Below are positions 1 to 7,163 of a stretch of DNA of 26,063 bases, piece by piece. Position 1 is the stretch's first letter, and every line of letters begins with the position of its first letter. The stretch is from Propionibacteriaceae bacterium (GTDB taxonomy: Bacteria; Actinomycetota; Actinomycetes; Propionibacteriales; Propionibacteriaceae): NCBI GenBank assembly GCA_031256725.1, contig JAIRQE010000027.1:1-26063 (forward strand). Reading direction: 5' to 3'. The notes beneath the pieces were generated by a model. It made no database searches and was not told where the DNA came from. It saw only the letters and a list, made by a program, of their open reading frames with translations. A program made the position numbers and the translations under genes.

Positions 1-210
1 GGCTCCCCCACCATCACCAACGACTCCGCGCATCGAATAGGTGAAGAAGGTCATATCCAAGCGAGCAAGTCCGCGTGAGATGACTGTCCACAACAGGGAT
101 CCCAGGGGAATCAATGCCAGAACAAAGAAACCCACAACAAAAGCGGTGGCAATGTTGTTCGTGACCTTGCGACGGGCACTAATCCCGCCCATTGTTGTTG
201 CTGTGCTCAT
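1..210 (-). CDS. pstA: Phosphate ABC transporter permease PstA, N-terminal part (gene continues left of the window)
   Basis: ATG at 208-210 (minus) overlaps the pstC stop as ATGA. My translation is MSTATTMGGISARRKVTNNIATAFVVGFFVLALIPLGSLLWTVISRGLARLDMTFF..., a typical PstA N-terminus. Its position after pstS-pstC supports the call. Confidence 0.8.
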   Translation of the reverse strand, partial: MSTATTMGGISARRKVTNNIATAFVVGFFVLALIPLGSLLWTVISRGLARLDMTFFTYSMRGVVGDGGGA

Positions 211-1145
211 TTCTTAGCCCCATATCCTTTGGCGATCCTGCGGGCTAGAGCATTCACAACAAACGTAATGGCAAATAGTACAAGACCGAGCGCAATCAGG
301 GCACTAACCTCAATACCATGTGCCTCGGGGAAGTTCTGTGCAATGAAGGCAGCTACTGTGTTCGGGTTCTGAGAAGTAATCAGAGACAAGCCCACAAAGA
401 AGGCTGTTGGGGAAATCACCATGGCCGTGGCCATCGTCTCACCCAAGGCTCGGCCAAGGCCCAACATCGCACCCGAAATGATTCCGGAGCGAGCGAAGGG
501 GAAGACCGACATCTGGATCATCTCCCATTTGGTGGCACCCAAGGCAAGTGCTGCCTCTGTTGAAGAGGATGGCGTTTGCTGGAAGACCTCGCGACAGATG
601 GCCGCCATGATGGGCATCACCATGATTGATAGGACCACAGCGGCGGTGAAGATCGTACGACCAGTAGCTGAGGGCTGCCCCGCAAACAAGGGGAACCATC
701 CCAGATTCTTGCCCAACCATCCATAGGCTTGAGCCATAATGGGCGCCAAAACCATCAAACCCCACAGGCCATAGACCACAGAGGGCACAGCCGCGAGAAC
801 ATCAATGATGGCGCCTAGGAGTGTGGAAATCCTCTTCGGTGCGTACCAGGTGATGAACAAGGCCACACCGATGGCTACAGGGGCAGCCATCGCCAATCCG
901 AGGATGGAGGCCCATAAGGACCCGAAAGCTAAAGGGCCGGCCAAGGCCCACAGGTTTGAGGCCTGTAGCGGCAGTTCTGAGGCTGAGGCCCATAGAGCTG
1001 GCCACCCTTGGATTCCCAAAAAGATGGCCACGCCAGCCAAGGCCAGCGCGACCAGGAGGCTAGCTCCGGTCACGATGGCCTTGGTCGAGTGGTTCGCTGC
1101 GCGCTCTCGACGAGGAAGTGGCGCAAGTAGTGCGAGATCCGTCAT
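207..1145 (-). CDS. pstC: Phosphate ABC transporter permease PstC
   Basis: 312-aa polytopic protein with the binding-protein-dependent permease EAA-type loop (TEAALALGATKWEMI...GRALGETMA). It lies immediately downstream of pstS and is coupled to pstA through an ATGA overlap. Confidence 0.9.
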   Translation of the reverse strand: MTDLALLAPLPRRERAANHSTKAIVTGASLLVALALAGVAIFLGIQGWPALWASASELPLQASNLWALAGPLAFGSLWASILGLAMAAPVAIGVALFITWYAPKRISTLLGAIIDVLAAVPSVVYGLWGLMVLAPIMAQAYGWLGKNLGWFPLFAGQPSATGRTIFTAAVVLSIMVMPIMAAICREVFQQTPSSSTEAALALGATKWEMIQMSVFPFARSGIISGAMLGLGRALGETMATAMVISPTAFFVGLSLITSQNPNTVAAFIAQNFPEAHGIEVSALIALGLVLFAITFVVNALARRIAKGYGAKK

Positions 1146-1150
1146 GGGTT

Positions 1151-2248
1151 TCAGCTAATCTGACTCACTGCCGCGTCTACCTTGGCAGCCAAAGTGGCGT
1201 CCCCAGTGATGGGTGCAGATCCAGCATTGTCGGCGGCTGCCTGCTGTCCTTCAGCAGAGACCACATAGGTGAGGAACTCTTTCACGAGCTCACCTTGAGC
1301 GGCATCAGCATAGGTACCACAGGCTGCGATGTAGCTGATGAGAACCACTGGGTACGTACCAGCGTCTGTCAGCGTACGGTCCAGAGCCACCACGACGTCT
1401 GAGTCAGCGCGACCCTCTTCCATTGGAGACTTACCAACTGCTGCTGCAGCAGCTGCGGCGGAGTATGCCTGGTAATTTTCGCCAACCTTGACTGCGACTG
1501 TACCCAAGCTGGAAGCCTGAGAAGCATCAAGGTAACCAATGGCACCCTGAGTAGCTGCCACGGTCTCACGTACACCCTGGGTCTTCTCAGCTGCTTCACC
1601 GTGGAGGCCTTCCGGCCAGGTCTGCTCTGCTGCCCATGTCCAAACTGCAGGAGCAGCCTTGTTCAGGTAGTCAGTGAAGTTCTCAGTGGTACCAGACTTG
1701 TCGGAGCGATGTACTGGTGTGATGGCGACCTGTGGCAGTGCAGCCCCAGGATTCTGGGAGACAATGGCTTCGTCGTTCCATGTGGTAATCGCGCCAGTGA
1801 AGATCTTCGCGATGGTTTCAGCATCAAGGTTCAATGATGTGATTCCTTCGAGGGTGAATCCAATGGCGATTGGGGAAATATATACAGGGATCTGTACGAG
1901 AGTCGAATCCGCTGCACATGCTGCGAAAGTTCCAGCCGCCTCATCAACGCTGAAGGCAGCATCTGTACCAGCGAAAGCATAGCCACCGTCGGCAAAGTTC
2001 TGGCGTCCTGTGCCTGAACCCGTCGGATCATAGTTCACAGTCACCTGAGTATTGGTGTTCTGGAAACCAGCCCTCCATGCCTCCTGAGCTGCGGTCATTG
2101 ATGAAGCTCCACCAGCATTGATGGTACCCGTAAGTGTGCTTACAGTTTCATTGTTGTTGGTTTCAGGAACATCAGCCTCGTTGGCTGCACAAGCTCCCAA
2201 AGAAATCGCGATGGCAGCCGCGGTGGCCACCAGGGTCGTCTTCTTCAC
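1151..2248 (-). CDS. pstS: Phosphate-binding lipoprotein PstS
   Basis: Signal peptide with lipobox ISLGAC. PstS-like motifs are present (GGASSMT, YDPTGSGTGRQNF, FAGTD). GTG start at 2246-2248 with AAGGAG 5 nt upstream. Confidence 0.9.
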   Translation of the reverse strand: MKKTTLVATAAAIAISLGACAANEADVPETNNNETVSTLTGTINAGGASSMTAAQEAWRAGFQNTNTQVTVNYDPTGSGTGRQNFADGGYAFAGTDAAFSVDEAAGTFAACAADSTLVQIPVYISPIAIGFTLEGITSLNLDAETIAKIFTGAITTWNDEAIVSQNPGAALPQVAITPVHRSDKSGTTENFTDYLNKAAPAVWTWAAEQTWPEGLHGEAAEKTQGVRETVAATQGAIGYLDASQASSLGTVAVKVGENYQAYSAAAAAAAVGKSPMEEGRADSDVVVALDRTLTDAGTYPVVLISYIAACGTYADAAQGELVKEFLTYVVSAEGQQAAADNAGSAPITGDATLAAKVDAAVSQIS

Positions 2249-2288
2249 ATTGTCTCCTTAAGATTCGTGTGTTACCACTCACGTTAGA

Positions 2289-2306
2289 GACGAAAGATTG
2301 ACGAAA
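2289..2306 (-). promoter_or_regulatory. Candidate PHO-box-like direct repeat upstream of pstS
   Basis: GACGAAA occurs at 2289-2295 and again at 2300-2306 (TTTCGTC on the pstS strand). That is one helical turn (11 bp) apart, about 40-60 bp upstream of the pstS start. OmpR/PhoB-family regulators bind direct repeats with 11-bp periodicity. Confidence 0.3.
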
Positions 2307-2322
2307 ACGCCCACAAAGGTTA

Positions 2323-3978
2323 ATGCCAGGAAAACGATCAGGAAAGGATTGGAAACGACCGAGCTTTTACACAACCTCAGATATCTATGATATCTTTGTT
2401 GGTGAGATGACTTCTGAAAAAGAACAGAACCAAGACTGGCTCCACTGGCGTGATCTGAAGAACATTGCGCGAGCCTCCCTGCGAGCGAACCTTGTGGCCT
2501 GTGTGGTGGTCAGCGTTCTTGGTGGGGTGATCATTTGGCCCATCTTTACCGCGAGTTCCATCATCACCACCAGTTATGATTTCCTTCTTGAGGGTTCCCG
2601 TTTCCTGGGATGGACCAATGCAGAAAACCTTCTGACAAGCGCCGATGTGTGGTTGAAGAGAGTCCAACAATGGACCTGTATCGGACCCGAATCCACAGCC
2701 GGAGTGATCTCCAACGTGTACAACACCATTGAGAATTCCGGTGGTATCGAAAAAGCCGTCGTCTATGCACTCAGCCACGCCCTCTTCGGTGGTGAAGTCA
2801 GTTTGTCGATCATTGCCACCACCGCAGTGATCATTTCCCTTGTCGTCACCTTCTTTGTGAGGGTACCACTGCGTATCTCCACCCTGCGTTTCTACCTCGA
2901 AACCCGCACCTATCCCGATACCGAAGTGGTACGTCTGCTGTACATCTTCAGAAAGCGTCGAACATGGTTCATGGCTCGTGCCAGGGTGTACAAGTATCTC
3001 AGGTTGGGATTGTGGGGACCCACCATCGTGATGCTACCCCAAAAGTACTACTCCTATCTGATGTATGACTTCATCCTGGCCGAAAACCCTGATGCCAGTC
3101 CCATTGAGGCCCTTCGACTCTCCCAAACCATGATGAAAGGCAAGCGGCTCCATGCCTTCCTGCTCGACCTCAGTTTCCTTCACTGGTACGCGCTAGGCCT
3201 AGTCACCTTCGGTTTGACGATGTACTTCTATGCGACTCCTTATCGAAGTCTGGCCATAGCCGAGTTGTACCTCCGTGTACGCAATGAAGGCAAGGAACTC
3301 GGCACCGAGAGAATCGAATTATGCAACGACATCCTGCTCACCAAACCTCCCGCAGGCCAAGACCCCATCGAGGGTCAGACTCCGCTCATCAACATCTATC
3401 CCCTGACTCACACTGGGCTCCCCAACCGAATCTCCAGGATGGATTATCACCGCGACTATTCCCTAGTGAACCTGGTTCTTCTCTTCTTCTGCTTCTCTTT
3501 CATCGGTTGGGTCTGGGAGAGCCTTCTTTCCGTGGCGTACGAGGGCCATCTGGTTAATCGAGGAACTATGTATGGACCCTGGCTGCCCATCTACGGTCTC
3601 GGAGGGGTCGCCGCACTTATGTTGCTCAAGCGACTTCGAGATCGCCCCTTCCTCATCTTCTTCGCCGCCATGGGTGTCTGCGGGGTTATTGAGTACCTCT
3701 CTGCCACGATCATCTACACCACCAGTGGTTTGAAGTACTGGAGTTACTCGGGTTATTTCTTCAATATCCAAGGTCGAATCTGTCTAGAAGGACTCCTTAT
3801 CTTCGGAATGGGCTGCTTCGCCGTGATCTACTTCGCCGCTCCCCTGTTCGATACGTGGATTAACAAGATCCCGATCAGAGTACGCCTATGGATCATTGGG
3901 ATTCTCATCACATTTTTCGCTCTGGACGCCACCTTCACCATGATGTACCCACGCATAGGTACTGGGATCACCGAATGA
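2323..3978 (+). CDS. Polytopic membrane protein: DUF975-like N-terminal half fused to a 'putative ABC-transporter type IV'-like C-terminal half
   Basis: 551-aa ORF with many hydrophobic segments. The N-terminal WRDLKNIARASLRANL... resembles the start of DUF975 proteins. The C-terminal region (FIGWVWESLL...NRGTMYGPWLPIYGLGG) resembles the PF06541-type family. The start may instead be ATG 2407 (MTSEKEQN...). Confidence 0.65.
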   Translation: MPGKRSGKDWKRPSFYTTSDIYDIFVGEMTSEKEQNQDWLHWRDLKNIARASLRANLVACVVVSVLGGVIIWPIFTASSIITTSYDFLLEGSRFLGWTNAENLLTSADVWLKRVQQWTCIGPESTAGVISNVYNTIENSGGIEKAVVYALSHALFGGEVSLSIIATTAVIISLVVTFFVRVPLRISTLRFYLETRTYPDTEVVRLLYIFRKRRTWFMARARVYKYLRLGLWGPTIVMLPQKYYSYLMYDFILAENPDASPIEALRLSQTMMKGKRLHAFLLDLSFLHWYALGLVTFGLTMYFYATPYRSLAIAELYLRVRNEGKELGTERIELCNDILLTKPPAGQDPIEGQTPLINIYPLTHTGLPNRISRMDYHRDYSLVNLVLLFFCFSFIGWVWESLLSVAYEGHLVNRGTMYGPWLPIYGLGGVAALMLLKRLRDRPFLIFFAAMGVCGVIEYLSATIIYTTSGLKYWSYSGYFFNIQGRICLEGLLIFGMGCFAVIYFAAPLFDTWINKIPIRVRLWIIGILITFFALDATFTMMYPRIGTGITE

Positions 3979-4001
3979 GACCCCAACTCTTGGGAACATG
4001 C

Positions 4002-4070
4002 ACGCAACTAGACCATTCGTACCTGAACTCCGGTCGTATGGTCCGTATGGTCTAGTTGCGTATTGTGTTT
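4002..4070 (+). terminator. Long hairpin, probable terminator between convergent genes
   Basis: Perfect 15-bp inverted repeat: ACGCAACTAGACCAT (4002-4016) and ATGGTCTAGTTGCGT (4047-4061), with a 30-nt spacer, followed by ATTGTGTTTTT. It lies 24 bp after the stop of the 2323-3978 gene. Confidence 0.45.
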
Positions 4071-4386
4071 TTACAAAAATCAGTACGCACGTGGACCAAA
4101 GTCATCGCCTCTGGGTAGTCGTCGAGAAGGGCGTTCATTGGCTCATCAACATCCTCAGGTGCTACCGTGTCAATTCCCCCAACTGTGTTAGCCCGACGCT
4201 TCCAGTCGCCCACAGCAAACCACTCCATCTAGGCTGCCGCAGTTCCTGTCTTCAAAAGACGGTGGTACTCCTTAATGAGGTCGATAGTCAAGGGTTGGCG
4301 AGAACAGCCAATCACGAGGTCGAGCATACGAAAATGATTGGAAGCCTCAATACCATCATCTAGGCGCGCATCCCCCGGACAGTCTG

Positions 4387-4410
4387 AGTTATATATATAG
4401 TTATATATAT
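4387..4410. repeat. Perfect 12-bp tandem duplication containing a (TA)n tract
   Basis: AGTTATATATAT occurs twice (4387-4398 and 4399-4410). It encodes the duplicated IYNY/IYN within the Fic remnant. Confidence 0.85.
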
Positions 4411-4468
4411 CTTGCTTGCTCCTCGGTGAGGGTACTTCGATTCGATTAGTGTGGAACACCATAAGAAT

Positions 4469-4496
4469 TTGGCTCAGATGATTTGGTTCAGATGAT
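4469..4496. repeat. 14-bp tandem duplication that frameshifts the Fic remnant
   Basis: TTGGCTCAGATGAT (4469-4482) is followed directly by TTGGTTCAGATGAT (4483-4496), with one mismatch. Deleting one unit restores GGFYHLSQILMVFHTNRIE in a single frame. Confidence 0.8.
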
Positions 4497-4633
4497 AAAA
4501 CCCACCTTTGAGTCGTATTTCTTTCTCCTCATGCAGGGATGCAATGAACCTCCTAGCATTGATGGGGTATTCCTCGGACGAAATCATCGTCATTCTCCCT
4601 CAAAATCGACAATGGCGTTGGCCCACATAAGTA

Positions 4634-5701
4634 TTACTGTGTGGCACCTTCCACAGGGCCGAACCACTCTTCTATGCATGTGACCATGGTGGACTCGAAC
4701 TGATCCTGATCATGGTGTTCGCGGAGCCATTCGGTGAAGGTACCATCAACGATGGCATCCAGTTCAGCTCGGCAGGCATCAGGGTCGGTAACAGCCCTAA
4801 GTACCATCTTCTCGGCTTCGGCGGGAGTTGTGTAGAGGAAGGGGTACCCCTCAGGAAGGATGGCGTGAGCCCAATCCTTATCAGGCATGACACCTATAGC
4901 GCCCGCTACCATGGCCTCAACGTACTGCAAACCATAGGATTCCTCATCGGAGGTGGCCAGGAAGGCTGTAGTACGAGCCAAGGCAGCCCAATAATCGTGA
5001 CGGAAAGGCAGCAGAGGCGACACTGTGGCCCAGCGCTGGCGACCAAACTCCATAGCCTGGTTCGAGGTGAGATGGGATTCGACGAGGCGTACCTCCACTT
5101 TGACTGGGGTCTGTTTGACGACCCTAGACATGATCTCGAAGAAGAGTTTGGGGTTCTTGCGCGAAGACATATAAATCGCTGGATAGAGGACGACGGGTAC
5201 CTCAGTGTCCTGGCGCTCCTGGGCATGCTCCAGTTGAATACCCAGGTTGGCAGAACTCATTTTGGCCTTCTCGCCGAGATGTTGAGCAGTCCAGCGCTGG
5301 AGTTCCACGCGCAAGGCGGAAGCTGTACGATCCGAGTTCGCAATCGTTGGGAAGAGCGCACAAGAGAGCGACAACTCAGCGGCCTCAATCTTAGAGGCGT
5401 ACCGCTGAGGACTCCACCATACGAAGTTCACTAGTTTGGGCGACTCGCAGGTTTCCTTGAGTACACGCCAGGTTGGTACAGAATCAATCACATTCATATT
5501 GATGACGACAGTATTCTCACCATCAACCATCTCAAGAGGCATGAGTTCAAACTCTTTGTATTTATGGCGCTTGGTCCCAATGAGAATTGCCCCTGGGAAG
5601 ATTCGAATCAAACGCCGTACGAGAGTATCTCCCGCATCATGACCAGCAACATGGCCAGCATCATCAATAGTGAGTCCTGCGTACTGAATTGCGATTTTCA
5701 T
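4634..5701 (-). CDS. GT-B fold (GT4-like) glycosyltransferase-like protein
   Basis: 355-aa ORF. GAGGG lies 6 nt upstream of the ATG. The C-terminal EX7E motif and its context (SDEESYGLQYVEAMVAGAIGVMP) are typical of retaining GT4 enzymes. The N-terminal half is atypical, with no clear glycine-rich loop. Confidence 0.55.
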   Translation of the reverse strand: MKIAIQYAGLTIDDAGHVAGHDAGDTLVRRLIRIFPGAILIGTKRHKYKEFELMPLEMVDGENTVVINMNVIDSVPTWRVLKETCESPKLVNFVWWSPQRYASKIEAAELSLSCALFPTIANSDRTASALRVELQRWTAQHLGEKAKMSSANLGIQLEHAQERQDTEVPVVLYPAIYMSSRKNPKLFFEIMSRVVKQTPVKVEVRLVESHLTSNQAMEFGRQRWATVSPLLPFRHDYWAALARTTAFLATSDEESYGLQYVEAMVAGAIGVMPDKDWAHAILPEGYPFLYTTPAEAEKMVLRAVTDPDACRAELDAIVDGTFTEWLREHHDQDQFESTMVTCIEEWFGPVEGATQ

Positions 5702-6137
5702 TGACTACCCTCTTCTCGGTCAGATTCTGTGATCCATCCTATCGGTTCTTCCTTCGACTGCTTGAGGAAAACTATCTAGACCAGCGTTCCGAAATGCGGA
5801 CACTATGGGGGCTAATGGTTGTAGACTACCCAACTCACTTAAATCTCAGGAATACCCGAACCAAGACATGTGTAAGAAATGCTCACCCCACGTTGGGGAA
5901 TTGTACAGACCTGGCCCAGCTTGTCGTCTGTCACATTATTCATGCCAGGTAAGCCAGTATTAATGGGAGCACCTTCGGGAAGGGTGGAAAAACTCACACC
6001 AATCTTGACGCAAGGTTCTTACCACTGAAACTGCCACGTATCTTTTGACGAAGAATCATGGTCTGGTGGGGATGTGAGTTTTACAAACCAAGGGTGAAGG
6101 GAAACTATCTTCTACCCAAGGAAAAGATATATTTCAA

Positions 6138-6149
6138 GTGAGCGCTCAC
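6138..6149. promoter_or_regulatory. Perfect 12-bp palindrome GTGAGCGCTCAC (LacI-family operator-like)
   Basis: The sequence reads directly as a palindrome and is identical to the central 12 bp of the ideal symmetric lac operator AATTGTGAGCGCTCACAATT. It lies in the 556-bp gap. No LacI-type regulator is encoded in the window. Confidence 0.3.
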
Positions 6150-6257
6150 AGTTGTGTGTGACTAGGTAAAACATAGTTTTCTTGTCGAGAATAAACACCA
6201 TTTGTTGAGGACATGAGAATTGTCATGCAGAGCAAGTACCCTGGGTGGAATTACCGG

Positions 6258-7142
6258 TTAACGCTCTTTTTCTTCCCAGTACTCATACATCTTTTCGTAG
6301 AGGATGTCGTACATCTGCCGCATCTGTTCTTCCTCAGCCTGCGCATCGGGGCCTTCGGCAAACCCCTCCCCGAAATCAAACTGGATAGATGGATCAGGCA
6401 ACATGTCATCAGGAAGACTGGAAGCCATCGGGTTCTCTTCCCAATACTTATTTCTTGCCTCTTCCAGTTCGGGATCAAAATTGGTACAGACCTCCAACAA
6501 GGCTCGCAACTGATCCGGTGTGATTGTTCCAGGAAGAAGGATTGCAGGCCACTCACTTCCATCCATCTTCGAGGGCATCGCCGAATCATTGACACCTGGG
6601 AAACCATTCTCACGAGCACAGGCTGCCCACTCATTATTGGCTCGAACCATTCGCTCCGCTTCAGCGGGATCCATCATGTACGAGTCGTTTCCATAGGCAG
6701 CATTCTCGTCATACCCGGATATCTCCAAGCAGTGAGCATATATTTCAGAGTGATCGACCCCATTAATGCTTAATCGCGGCCCATCTCCCGTGTTCTCAAA
6801 GAAATCATTCATCATCTTGTCTTGCTCAGGGGTCATCTCTCCAGAAAAGGAGGCGCTGCCTGAGCCTTCATTAGACTGAAGTATGAACCCGTCTTCGATT
6901 GCGAAGAAGGCCATCGTGAGTTTCCCCTCACTGTTCTGACTAAGTTGCACTTCAATTCCAGCTTCGGTCATACAGTCATAGTAAAGTTTCGCGGCCTCGA
7001 CCAACTCAGATCCCTGTTCCTTGGGTTTTCCTCCCAAGGTGGGCAGGGCATATCTATCCGTGGTACATCCACCAAGACTACATACCAGCCCCACAGCACA
7101 CAGCACACCAGCGATGGATCGAAGAAGACTATTGAGGTTCAT
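6258..7142 (-). CDS. Lipoprotein of unknown function with repeated C-x4-G motifs (cassette 1)
   Basis: Signal peptide with lipobox SLGGC. The mature part has 4 Cys, in YYDCMTEAGIEV, YAHCLEISGYDE, WAACARENGFPGV and LLEVCTNF. The C-terminus is acidic. The gene starts 21 bp downstream of the FtsX permease stop. Confidence 0.8.
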   Translation of the reverse strand: MNLNSLLRSIAGVLCAVGLVCSLGGCTTDRYALPTLGGKPKEQGSELVEAAKLYYDCMTEAGIEVQLSQNSEGKLTMAFFAIEDGFILQSNEGSGSASFSGEMTPEQDKMMNDFFENTGDGPRLSINGVDHSEIYAHCLEISGYDENAAYGNDSYMMDPAEAERMVRANNEWAACARENGFPGVNDSAMPSKMDGSEWPAILLPGTITPDQLRALLEVCTNFDPELEEARNKYWEENPMASSLPDDMLPDPSIQFDFGEGFAEGPDAQAEEEQMRQMYDILYEKMYEYWEEKER

Positions 7143-7163
7143 GGATGCTCCTTATCGCTTTTG

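Larger units (their letters stand above)
4052..4593 (-). pseudogene. Decayed Fic/DOC-domain gene (frameshift, in-frame stop, 3' truncation)
   Basis: There are three collinear fragments on the minus strand. (1) 4593-4474: MTMISSEEYPINARRFIASLHEEKEIRLKGGFYHLNQII*. (2) 4462-4229: MVFHTNRIE...LIKEYHRLLKTGTAAA*. (3) 4228-4052: MEWFAVGDWKRRANTVGGIDTVAPEDVDEPMNALLDDY.... Together these resemble the N-terminal two thirds of Fic proteins (GG.YH..QI...N.IEG; G.fR...V; m..LL..Y). No HPFx[DE]GNGR motif follows. Confidence 0.6.

Noticed and set aside
3998-4363. 121-aa plus-strand ORF
   Set aside because: It starts inside the 15-bp inverted-repeat hairpin and runs antisense to the Fic-like fragments, which show family-specific motifs. 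No RBS or recognisable domain is present.
4712-5434. 240-aa plus-strand ORF
   Set aside because: It is antisense to the glycosyltransferase-like gene, which has the EX7E motif and a good SD. The composition is typical of a shadow ORF.
5839-5997. 52-codon minus-strand ORF in the 556-bp gap (GTG start; MSFSTLPEGAPINTGLPGMNNVTDDKLGQV...)
   Set aside because: It has no SD and no recognisable family, and it is below the ORF-track threshold. It might be a gene remnant, but I cannot support it as a feature.
6213-6773. 186-aa plus-strand ORF, and the 127-aa minus-strand ORF at 6251-6634
   Set aside because: Both overlap the lipoprotein gene, which has a signal peptide, a lipobox and operon context. 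I treat them as shadow or alternative-frame ORFs.
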